From Ascidiella aspersa (Eukaryota): a stretch of DNA of 64,000 bases. A program made the translations under genes and the position numbers. Shown one piece after another: positions 54,501-63,040 of the stretch (position 1 is the stretch's first letter; each line of letters opens with the position of its first letter). The DNA lies in assembly GCA_963924565.1 (NCBI GenBank), contig OZ004608.1, positions 25,730,001 through 25,794,000 of the forward strand, written 5' to 3'. The notes beneath the pieces were generated by a model. It ran no database searches, was not told where the DNA came from, and saw only the letters and a list, made by a program, of their open reading frames with translations.

Positions 54501-57500
54501 ACTCAGACAACAAAGTCTAAAGTATACTGATTTTGACTCAGACAACAAAGTCGAAAGTATACTGATTTTGACTCAGACAACAAAGTCGAAAGTATACTGA
54601 TTTTGACTCAGACAACAAAGTCCTGATTTTGACTCAGACAACAAAGTCGAAAGTATACTGATTTTGACTCAGACAACAAAGTCGAAAGTATATTGCTAAC
54701 ATTCGAAGTCATTGTCGTCATTGACGTGCTTTAGGGCGAGGAGATATCTTCTTTTTACATATTCACTGATTTTTACTCAGACAACAAAGTCTAAAGTATA
54801 CTGATTTTGACTCAGACAACAAAGTCGAAAGTATACTGATTTTGACACAGACAACAAAGTCGAAAATATATTGCTAACATTCGAAGTCATTGTCGTCATT
54901 GACGTGCTTTAGGGCGAGGAGATATCTTCTTTTTACATATTCAGTTTGCATGAGTCTTTAAAAGTGAGCATTTTCAACACATGTTTAGATGAGATAATCG
55001 TTGAAGTTTTACACTAACGTCTAACTCCTAAGTGAATGTATTCAACTGAATTGTACTCTTTTATGTAGTGACCACAGCGATTTCAATTTCCTCGATCGAC
55101 TTGCCGTTCGATCCAGACAACGTTACAGGTCTGTAACAGAAACACTTTTATTTTTACTTGAAATATAGAAACATTGCTAAACCCTTTAGAAAGTTCTCAA
55201 TAATGTTTACTTAATGTATTTGAGCAAGTTTACCCAAACTTATTTCAAACTAATTTCCACGCCTATTTATTGTCTGTGTTGCGTAGGGTCCGTTTGGAAT
55301 GCAATTGCCAATCAGAGCGCGACGCTGTTGTCAAATATACCTCAAGGTTTTTACTATTACAAATACGACGGAGGAAGATACTACATAAACGATGGTGGTG
55401 ACGATATGTACGACGCGGGAAATCGAGTAAGAGATATAAAAATCATACTGTATAAACAATTCCAATGTCACGTTTATATAACGACATCCAGAGTAAATTC
55501 AAATAGACCTAATAGAGCCATAGGCACCAGCAAAAGGCGGTAAGATGTTTCCAAAGGCACATGCTCGCAAAAGCTTGGTCGTGGACTGACGCAACAACAA
55601 GCTTAACGGGAATCCAGCTTTAATGGCCTCGGGTTTTCCGTTATTCTTTGTTAGAATATGAGCCTCTCTTGTGTGCCGTTCTTCAGTTTTTTAATCACCG
55701 AAACTCGAAGGTATTTAGCTTGTGGAATCGTTTGTTGGATTGTGCGTCAACAGTGTGTCAACGTTTTATGTTACAGTTGTCTTCAGTTAGGCTTTTTCTT
55801 ATGGGCCGGTTTGCCAACAGAAATTGCTTGGTTACATTACGTTTTGATTAAATAGCCCTTTTAAATCCTTTTGTCCTTTCAGGTTGAATTGGGAATAGCA
55901 GGGAACTTTACAGATTACCTCAAGTACAACTCGACAAATGTGTAAGAAAACTAAGAGTTGCGAATAATCGCAATAAAATAAATTTCGATTTTTCAAATTC
56001 GCACACATTCTAACATTTTTTTAATTTTCTTTATAGAAGCGACAATTACCAAGTTGGCGTATACGCCGGTTATCCCTTTACCACCTTGGTATGGATTGAC
56101 CCTCAAGACGACGAGATATACAATTACTCAATTCGGGTAAGGCTGGGCGTTTTGTGAATAATTAGACCCAACCAAAAGATCAAAGACAAGAAAAAATTTG
56201 GTTCAAAAATGAATAAATAAAAAAATTGGGTTTTTACATGATCTTAATATTCCTTTACTTTAAATTGCAAAATTGATATGTAACGCGACAGTAAGTCAAA
56301 ATGATATTTTAAGCGTGCCTTTTTTTTTATACTTAACGTTTGCATTGAAACAACTGTGTAGAATAATGGTAGGTTACTTTAAATGGCTATACTTTACATT
56401 CGAAGTTTATATTGATGCCCACAATCGAATTTAACATTATATTATTTTAATTCTCTGTTACGCATAATCTCGACTAACCCTACTGTTTTGATTGAATAAC
56501 TATTTAAAAAACAAACTATATATAAAGCTAATTAGCATGTTTACTTTGTTTAATACGGAGGTTAAAACGTAAATGTAGAGAACTTTACGTCACATACCAT
56601 TTTTTGCTGTAAAAAAGTACAGGCACGTTAAGCCTAAGGAATTTTTCGCTGAAACAATATTAATCGTTGAAAGTTTACCACCAGTCACCACGAAAGGTAC
56701 ATTTTTAACAAGGTGTCGGGAAATGCTGGTTCTGACGGTGGCGGAAGCCCGGAAATTTTCAAAGGAAGTGTGTCCGAAGGTACGACCACCGTCCACTACC
56801 ACGTGTTCCAAATTAGTGGTGCCGACGACCCTTTAATCTGTGAAGTCTATTTTGTTGTTTCTGATGAGGTGGGTACCTTTAAAATACAATATTTTGAGAT
56901 TTAAATAGAAATGTGGGCTTATATTAAATGGTATACCTAATTGCCTATGACTACTCAAGATAATCATTTTTCATAAAATTTTTGGTAACGGTCATTGTTT
57001 ATCGGTTATAGATCTTAAGATTCCAAAAGCCGTCACAAAATAACGTCTTGTTTAAACAATATACGCGTAAAAGACATTAGAACATAACACAGTATACGTT
57101 CGCAGACGAACGGTAATAAGTGCTGACAAGTCTGCATCACAATGATTTGTAAATAAATAAAAGTGCCGACAAATCATCCTTTCTTGATAAAATAATTTTG
57201 TAGATTTGTTTCGTTTTGTTGTGACAACACGACATAAGTTAGCAACACTGTATAAGGCAGGGGTTCCCAACCTTGTTTACACCGTGGGCTCCTTTAAAAA
57301 TTTTGAGAAATCAATGGCCCCCCTATTTTTTCAACCTTTTGAAAAAATTAAGAAACGTTATTTTAATTAAAAAAATTGGTTTATGCAGAAACCGTTCGAA
57401 TGATAAAATGATATTTATACCACACACAGTAATCATGATAGTACATTAAGTTATTAGTTTTATTAGGCTACATATTCAGTTGATGTGTTGGTTGAGCTTG

Positions 57501-60500
57501 TTTTTGCTCTGCCAATTTCTAAATTGCTGGTTTAGTGGTGGAAAGAGCCAGCAGCATGTCATATTGAATATCCTAGACACTGCACTGCTTTGTCTTCAAA
57601 TGTAACATTGTTGAAAAGCGGTAGTGGGATTCAAATTTCAGCCGGTTCGATCACAAAAATCACATTTTTCAGCCGGTTCTGTCACAAAAAGTCATCTTTT
57701 CCGGGAAATAATTAAAGTAGTTGCAAGAACAGGCTGCAACCCCAGGTTCCAGCGAATGTTGCGAACTGCGAACAGGCTGAATCCCATAAGCAACAGTAGT
57801 CTTCTCATTATGCAACAATTCAATTTTTCGAAAAAATTCACAAGAAAATTACTACAATTATAAAAAGTGATCACAATGGATGACTGATACGTAAGAACCT
57901 GTCCATTGCTCATTTTGAAGAAAAAAACACGTGAGCTACTTCGATTTCAAAAATCGGTGTATCAGATAAGAGATGCAAAAACCATTGACAGTAACCAGTA
58001 ATGCTGCTAACTTTGCATAGTTTTGCCCAAAATGTGGTCAAACCATATCTTTCTCAAAGCGAACTGGGTTGCCGTCTTTTTTGCGGCTTCAAGTGTTCAT
58101 TAAATTTGATTTATTTCTTTTGTGATTGTGGAGTAGACTTAGAGATAATAAACAAAACTTTTTTGTTTTCAAATTTTTTCATGGCCCCCTTAAAAAAGGC
58201 TCATGGCCCCTTGGGGGCCCACAGGTTGGGAACCTCTGGTATAAGGTGTATCGTTTCAGTTGCAAATATATTAATTGTATGTTAAACAGTGTAAAACAAT
58301 TGAAAAAATAAAACAAAACGTCGCGTTCACATCCGGGGACGTCAACCGCAGGTCTCGGTTTAAAGTTGTATTCTTTGTTTTTCAAACTAGAGTTATGAAC
58401 AGGGCAATATAATTACCAAAGACGTTGCTGTTGTTGCTAGACTATCAGAGCTAATTCTACTTACTTATACGCTAAAGTTTCCAATTAATTAGCTTGACTG
58501 CAAAATAGTAACTTTTTAACGCAAATCAGCTTCAGCTAATTTACCTCCATTTTGTGTTGAAACCTATTTAGAGATGGGGTTCATCAAATATTTTCGAGTT
58601 CAAAAAAGTTCGGTTTGACACAAGTCTCAATAATCTTAATAGCAGCGTTAGATTGGTAAGCAACCATCAAAGTGTCATGATGGGATATACACTACTTTCC
58701 TAGTAAGTATAACTATTTTATTTACACTAAAAAATATTATTTTTGTTATGCCGTTTGTACTACAAAAAAGTATTGTTTTTTAAAACGTTGTTCTTGGCCA
58801 ACACCATCCGTCAACATTTACGCTACGTTTTGCACCCGTTTTCCAGATTTAACTATGGTTTTACACAGTTTACCATGTTACTGTTGTCCAAATTATACTT
58901 CTTTAGATTTATATTTTAAGGCATTGCGACCAAAATGCGTTGCTTTTTGAAGTTGTGGTTTTACTTATATGAATATATACTACCCTATATTAGTAAAAAT
59001 TTGCAATTCTGTCAACCAGACCCAAATTAATATTTTTATCAAAACACTTATACAATGTTAACCCTAAAATTCTATCAAATTAAATATTTTTGCAAAAACA
59101 TAAAATACCGGTACTGAATTACATGATTGACTTTTATGAGCTAAACTCTTGATGATACGTTTTTCAGTCCGGAAGATGCTTCAAGGTTTGCCATATCGGA
59201 GGCTGCCATACGGAATTTCCTTATAGATCTGGGAAGAATTATTTCAACAACAATTGGTAAGAAGCATGCACATTGCATACCCATATGTGTGTTAACCATT
59301 GTGATCTAGCCCTTCTGGAGTTGCTTATTGACCAACGATTGCGGCTTTCGAATTATTAATACACCGAAATCCATCGCACACCCACGGAATCTGTCGGCCA
59401 ATGATGTAAGTTCAGTTTGTAGAGCAACGGTACTAGTGTAACCGGAGGTCGTAAGTTCGAACCTCTCTGCAGGCTAGTTGTTTTCTAGCATGACCTGCTT
59501 GCAACATTGGTCGACAGATTCGGTGAGTCTGCGATGGCTTTCGATTTATAATTGGTAAAATTTCGATTGGTGTTGTACCTATTTTAGTTATATCTCCTAA
59601 CGTGAATAGAATATTTTTTAACTTGAAGTTGTTTTACTTTAGAACTTAATAATATGACCACATCATCTCCCATTCAACCAACATCATCTAGTAAAGGTTG
59701 GTGTATTGTTATGGAAACCAATTTAGGAGACTTTTAAGATTTTGCTTTTGGGTTTTTGGATTTAGTAAACTATATCTAGCTTATTATAACAGAAAAGCAA
59801 AGTAAGATATCGTTTTTTATAACTCTGTGGCTACAATTTATGACATATTTTATGATGTAAACTTTTATGTGTTAAATTTACAAAAAAATAATGCTGTGTC
59901 TTCGACTGTAATACAATTAAAGAATTAACAATTAGCGCGCAACATTGCATTATTTCGTCATCTTTAAACATAATTTTTATATTGATCATGTATTCAATTT
60001 AAAATATTTGCCTTTATCAAAACTCTTCTTTCTTGATGAATTGATTTCACGATTTTCTTGTTTTTAAACAGCTTCTTCAACATCTTCGACGGCATTTGTA
60101 ACAAAAACAACTCGAGGGCCCCCTACAGGTATATTGTTAAAAAGTATGTTTGCTAGGTGTATTCCTATGGAACTAATTTAGGAGCTTAAACAAGAATTTG
60201 TTTTTGATTTTGTAGATTCAGTAAATTAAATCTAGCTTATTATAACAGGAATGCAAAGTAATATATCGTTTTCTTATATACATATTTCCGCTACAATCTA
60301 TGAAATACTTTAAGCTGCAATCTTTATTCTGCTAAATCGACTTTGTTACGATTAAAGAATTAACGATGAGTCTTTAAAATATAGACTTTCGACTTTGTGG
60401 TCTGAGTCAAAATCAGTGTCATTGTCGCCATTGACTTGCATAAGGGCGAGGAGATATTTTATTTTTACATATTCACTGCTTTTGACTCAGACAACAAAGT

Positions 60501-62652
60501 CGAAAGTATACTGATTTTTACTCAGACAACAAAGTCGAAAGTATACTGATTTTGACTCAGACAACAAAGTCGAAAGTATACTGATTTTGACTCAGACAAC
60601 AAATCGAAAGTATACTGATTTTGACTCAGACAACAAAGTCGAAAATATATTGCTAACATTCGAAGTCATTGTCGTCATTGACGTGCTTTAGGGCGAGGAG
60701 ATATCTTCTTTTTACATATTCAGTTTGCTTGAGTCTTTAAAAGTGAGCATTTTCAACACATATTTAGATGAGATAATCGTTGAAGTTTTACACTAACGTC
60801 TAACTTCTAGGTGAATGTATTCACTGAATTGTACTCTTTTATGTAGTGACCACAGCGATTTCAATTTCCTCGATCGACTTGCCGTTCGATCCAGACAACG
60901 TTACAGGTCTGTAACAGAAACACTTTTATTTTTACTTGAAATATAGAAACATTGCTAAACCCTTTAGAAAGTTCTCAATAATGTTTACTTAATATATTTG
61001 AGCAAGTTTACCCAAACTTATGTCAAACTAATTTCCACGCCTATTTATTGTCTGTGTTGCGTAGGGTCCGTTTGGAATGCAATTGCCAATCAGAGCGCGA
61101 CGCTGTTGTCAAATATACCTCAAGGTTTTTACTATTACAAATACGACGGAGGAAGATACTACATAAACGATGGTGGTGACGATATGTACGACGTGGGAAA
61201 TCGAGTAAGAGATATAAAAATCATACTGTATAAACAATTCCAATGTCACGTTTATATAACGACATCCAGAGTAAATTCAAATAGACCTAATAGAGCCATA
61301 GGCACCAGCAAAAGGCGGTAAGATATTTCCAAAGGCACATGCTCGCAAAAGCTTGGTCGTGGACTGACGCAACAACAAGCTTAACGGGAATCCAGCTTTA
61401 ATGGCCTCGGGTTTTTCCGTTATTCTTTGTTAGAATATGAGCCTCTCTTGTGTGCCGTTCTTCAGTTTTTTAATCACCGAAACTCGAAGGTATTTAGGTT
61501 GTGGAATCGTTTGTTGGATTGTGCGTCAACAGTGTGTCAACGTTTTATGTTACAGTTGTCTTCAGTTAGGCTTTTTCTTATGGGCCGGTTTGCCAACAGA
61601 AATTGCTTGGTTACATTACGTTTTGATTAAATAGCCCTTTTAAATCCTTTTGTCCTTTCAGGTTGAATTGGGAATAGCAGGGAACTTTACAGATTACCTC
61701 AAGTACAACTCGACAAATGTGTAAGAAAACTAAGAGTTGCGAATAATCGCAATAAAATAAATTTCGATTTTTCAAATTCGCACACATTCTAACATTTTTT
61801 TAATTTTCTTTATAGAAGCGACAATTACCAAGTTGGCGTATACGCAGGTTATCCCTTTACCACCTTGGTATGGATTGAACCCCAAGACGACGAGATATAC
61901 AATTACTCAATTCGGGTAAGGCTCGGCGTTTTGTGAATAATTCGACCCAACCAAAAGGTCAAAGACAAGAAAAAACTTGGTTCAAAATGAATAAATAAAT
62001 AAATTTGGGTTTTTACATGATCTTAATATTCCTTTACTTTAAATTGCAAAATTGATATGTAACGCGACAGTAAGTCAAAGTGATATTTCAAGCGTACTAT
62101 TTTGTTATTCTTAACGTTTGCATTGAAACAACTGTGTAGAATAATGTATAGGTTACTTTAAATGGCTATACTTTACATTCGAAGTTTATATTGATGCCCA
62201 CAATCGAATTTAACATTATATTATTTTAATTCTCTGTTACGCATAATCTGTTATCGACTAACCCTACTGTTTTGATTGAATAACTATTTAAAAAACAAAC
62301 TATATACAAACCTGATTAGCATGTTTACTTTGTTTAATACGGAGGTTAAAACGTAAATGTAGAGAACTTTACGTCACATACCATTTTTTGCTGTAAAAAA
62401 TTACAGGCACGTTAAGCCTAAGGAATTTTTCGCTGGAACAATATTATTCGTTGAAAGTTTACCACCAGTCACCACGAAAGGTACATTTTTAACAAGGTGT
62501 CGGGAAATGCTGGTTCTGACGGTGGCGGAAGCCCGGAAATTTTCAAAGGAAGTGTGTCCGAAGGTACGACCACCGTCCACTACCACGTGTTCCAAATTAG
62601 TGGTGCCGACGACCCTTTAATCTGTGAAGTCTATTTTGTTGTTTCTGATGAG
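3489..62652 (+). CDS. Giant multi-exon gene (3' end beyond window): secreted or cell-surface glycoprotein with signal peptide, >=12 tandem copies of an unassigned ~220-aa 'DGGxDMYDxGN' domain, Ser/Thr linkers and one mucin-like region
   Basis: About 88 exons bounded by AG/GT (two GC donors) join in consistent phase into about 3,200 codons without a stop. The same six-exon cassette (typically 140/59/97/159/119/86 nt) recurs 12 times with conserved motifs and identical intron phases. N-x-S/T sequons are frequent. Confidence 0.85.
3932..8371 (+). CDS. Domain 1 (divergent copy), six exons
   Basis: Exons 3932-4083 (..SILNGGKGMYDGGGNM), 4729-4784, 5128-5221 (..YPFLFGGW..), 7125-7313 (VSSNFG..PSVCEVFF..), 7416-7534 (..FGYTLLSK), 8271-8371. 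Phases 1-0-2-0-0-2-1. Confidence 0.8.
5436..6560. mobile_element. hAT (Charlie-type) non-autonomous element with a nested element at ~5966-6495
   Basis: TIR caggggtcggcaacc..ggttgccgaccactg with a perfect 8-bp TSD acgtatag. The inner element ends tggcaaccctg. Confidence 0.85.
8739..9049. mobile_element. hAT MITE
   Basis: TIR caggggtggccaac..gttggccacccctg with a degenerate 8-bp TSD gtatagat/gtatgaat. Confidence 0.8.
9108..9497. mobile_element. MITE with 8-bp TSD (hAT-like)
   Basis: cagggcggatc..gatccggccctg with a perfect TSD ctcaacac. Confidence 0.8.
9692..11094 (+). CDS. Linker micro-exons between domains 1 and 2
   Basis: Phase 1-1 exons 9692-9721 (GIESSGVDMF), 10222-10287 (DFENFEDFDLPQPDLDSIANFY) and 11032-11094 (ETTADLIPASTTNALSSSPRA). 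All have AG/GT ends and lengths divisible by 3. Confidence 0.55.
11269..14700 (+). CDS. Domain 2, six exons
   Basis: Exons 11269-11447 (..QINDGGRDMYDGGNR), 12236-12291, 13007-13115, 13333-13509 (VESNLGADGGG..TVCEVFF), 14182-14300 (..FGFVLLS), 14609-14700. Confidence 0.85.
11460..11857. mobile_element. MITE with internal CAAGT repeats
   Basis: TIR cagtgttgtaa..ttacaacactg and repeated tcaagtc motifs. No TSD is recognisable. Confidence 0.6.
12362..12805. mobile_element. MITE with ~45-bp inverted termini
   Basis: tcgatttgttttagacgcttgtagcgctcaa matches ttgagcgctacaagcgtttaaaacaaatcga in inverted orientation. Confidence 0.7.
15338..16261 (+). CDS. Mucin-like Thr/Ser/Ala-rich exon (308 codons)
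   Basis: Corresponds to ORF 15340-16299. Acceptor 'aacag' ends at 15337 and donor G|gtaagt is at 16261/16262, phase 1-1. It has a degenerate 36-nt (12-aa, TSE-containing) repeat and a 180-nt higher-order repeat. Confidence 0.85.
16938..18456 (+). CDS. Domain 3, six exons
   Basis: Exons 16938-17077 (GC donor), 17345-17403, 17498-17594, 17673-17831, 18052-18170, 18371-18456. Followed by linker exon 20900-20935 (DLPWNKALETFT). Confidence 0.88.
19285..19732. mobile_element. hAT MITE, present only in duplication copy 1
   Basis: caggggtgggca..tgcccacccctg with a perfect TSD ttctatgg. The empty site is near 31437 in copy 2. Confidence 0.88.
20044..20302. mobile_element. Fold-back MITE, present only in duplication copy 1
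   Basis: ttcgtcacgctcataaccaaattgcc..ggcaatttggttatgagcgtaatgaa with long inverted arms. Absent at ~31748 in copy 2. Confidence 0.75.
21160..23562 (+). CDS. Domain 4, six exons
   Basis: Exons 21160-21302, 21845-21903, 21980-22076, 22143-22301, 23248-23366, 23477-23562. Followed by linker exon 25937-25972 (EKYTSATKETNT). Confidence 0.88.
24085..25614. mobile_element. Triple-nested hAT MITEs (outer 24085-25614, middle 24470-25577, inner 24582-24878)
   Basis: TSDs ccctaggg/tcctaggg, ctctagtg/ctctagcg and gcttagct/gcttagct, each with CAG-type TIRs. Confidence 0.85.
26158..27621 (+). CDS. Domain 5, six exons
   Basis: Exons 26158-26297, 26490-26548, 26643-26739, 26819-26977, 27293-27411, 27536-27621. 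Followed by linker exon 28051-28098 (VPKTTNATKSTKPRYT). Confidence 0.88.
29037..30551 (+). CDS. Domain 6 (duplicate of domain 3), six exons
   Basis: Exons 29037-29176 (GC donor), 29444-29502, 29597-29693, 29778-29936, 30146-30264, 30466-30551. Linker exon 32558-32596 (DLHTANKALKTFT). Confidence 0.85.
32850..40520 (+). CDS. Domain 7 (duplicate of domain 4), six exons; its fourth internal intron is enlarged by a 5.4-kb transposon
   Basis: Exons 32850-32992, 33409-33467, 33544-33640, 33707-33865, 40206-40324, 40435-40520. Linker exon 42923-42958. Confidence 0.85.
34250..36350 (+). repeat. Degenerate ~138-bp subterminal tandem array (about 15 units) of the CACTA-like element
   Basis: A 'cgtgacgta'-like core recurs at about 34637, 34898, 35041, 35173, 35311, 35553, 35689, 36041 and 36179. 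Confidence 0.75.
37018..37216. mobile_element. Palindromic MITE nested inside the CACTA-like element
   Basis: Imperfect ~90-bp inverted arms (ggcactggtctagaatcctaccaca..tgtggtaggattctagaccagcgcc) flanked by the 8-bp direct repeat caattgca. Confidence 0.8.
38860..39530 (+). repeat. Right subterminal array (82-97-bp units) of the CACTA-like element
   Basis: 'ttacgtaaaaataacgtt'-like motif at about 39020, 39117, 39199, 39282, 39378 and 39460. Confidence 0.75.
41043..42601. mobile_element. Duplicate of the triple-nested hAT MITE cluster
   Basis: Same termini and TSDs as 24085-25614. Confidence 0.85.
43148..44614 (+). CDS. Domain 8 (duplicate of domain 5), six exons
   Basis: Exons 43148-43287, 43483-43541, 43636-43732, 43812-43970, 44286-44404, 44529-44614. 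Linker exon 45044-45091. Confidence 0.85.
45467..50719 (+). CDS. Domain 9, six exons
   Basis: Exons 45467-45606 (..FISDGGGDMYDEGNR), 45750-45808, 45879-45975, 46110-46268, 49574-49692, 50637-50719. Linkers 50821-50880 (ETMVTTNTTMVTTNTSTTPT) and 51229-51285 (ASSTSSTAFVTKTTRGPPT). Confidence 0.87.
46612..46690 (+). mobile_element. Degenerate tRNA-derived SINE-like head
   Basis: taagctcagtctgtgaaacgacggtcccggtttgacccaaagtcgtgagtttgcaccc..gcaggct. Similar to 59400-59475 and to the interrupted copy around 8711-9107. Confidence 0.4.
49767..50447. mobile_element. hAT-type MITE
   Basis: cagtggttcttcacc..ggttaagaaccactc with a degenerate TSD ttttaaag/tttcaaaa. Confidence 0.65.
51425..53383 (+). CDS. 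Domain 10, six exons
   Basis: Exons 51425-51576, 51719-51777, 52001-52097, 52481-52639 (VESNLGADGNG..AGDPSVCEVYFF), 52972-53090, 53295-53383. Linkers 53915-53971 and 55069-55128. Confidence 0.87.
54317..54870 (+). repeat. 35-bp minisatellite (11 units including one truncated, spacer, then 3 units) with an inverted copy at 54223-54257
   Basis: Unit ctgattttgactcagacaacaaagtcgaaagtata, arranged head-to-tail. Confidence 0.95.
55287..59256 (+). CDS. Domain 11 (divergent type), six exons
   Basis: Exons 55287-55426 (..YINDGGDDMYDAGNR), 55883-55941, 56037-56136, 56713-56868 (VSGNAGSDGGG..DPLICEVYF), 58572-58702 (..MGYTLLSY), 59168-59256. Linkers 60072-60128 and 60847-60906. Confidence 0.85.
57258..58238 (-). 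mobile_element. Internally deleted hAT (Charlie/Buster) element retaining a transposase C-terminal remnant
   Basis: TIR caggggttcccaacct..aggttgggaacctctg with a perfect TSD gtataagg. The minus strand at ~57480-57575 reads DIQYDMLLALSTTKPAI*KLAEQKQAQPTH, resembling the Buster/Charlie C-terminus. Confidence 0.8.
59400..59475 (+). mobile_element. tRNA-derived SINE-like head or pseudo-tRNA
   Basis: A-box-like taagttcagtttgtagagc, stem cggtac-tagt-gtaaccg and B-box gttcgaacc. The acceptor stem is not convincing. Confidence 0.55.
60476..60649 (+). repeat. 35-bp minisatellite, 5 units (paralog of the 54317 array)
   Basis: Same unit, with an inverted copy at ~60380-60416. Confidence 0.92.
61065..62652 (+). 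CDS. Domain 12 (duplicate of domain 11), first four exons; remainder beyond window
   Basis: Exons 61065-61204, 61662-61720, 61816-61915, 62497-62652. Confidence 0.82.
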
Positions 62653-63040
62653 GTGGGTACCTTTAAAATAGAATATTTTAAGATTTAAATAGAAATGTGG
62701 GCTTATATTAAATGGTATACCTAATTGCCTATGACTACTCCAGATAATCATTTTTCATAAAATGTTTGGTAACGGTTATTGTTTATCGGTTATAGATCTT
62801 GAGATTCCAAAAGCCGTCACAAAATAAAGTCTTGTTTAAACAATATACGCGTAAAAGACATTAGAACATAACACAGTATACGTTCGCAGACGAACGGTAA
62901 TAAGTGCTGCAAGTCTACATCACAATGCTTTGTAAATAAATAAAAGTGCCGACAAATCATCCTTTCTTGATAAAATAATTTTGTAGATTTGTTTCGTTTT
63001 GTTGTGACAACACGACATAAGTTAGCAACACTGTATAAGG

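Noticed and set aside
54317-54870. CRISPR-like array of 35-bp repeats
   Set aside because: Units are head-to-tail without unique spacers, there are no cas genes, and the context is a eukaryotic intron. It is a minisatellite.
57624-58385. Overlapping 60-95 aa ORFs as a gene or intact transposase
   Set aside because: They lie in or across a 981-bp deleted hAT element. Only a stop-interrupted C-terminal remnant is recognisable.
59400-59475. Functional tRNA gene
   Set aside because: The A box is degenerate, the acceptor stem is poor and it is embedded in a fold-back repeat. More consistent with SINE-derived sequence.
16938-62652. Interpretation as a cluster of separate small genes or pseudogenes
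   Set aside because: No module has its own start, signal peptide or stop. All are joined by in-phase splice sites and linker exons with no frameshifts.
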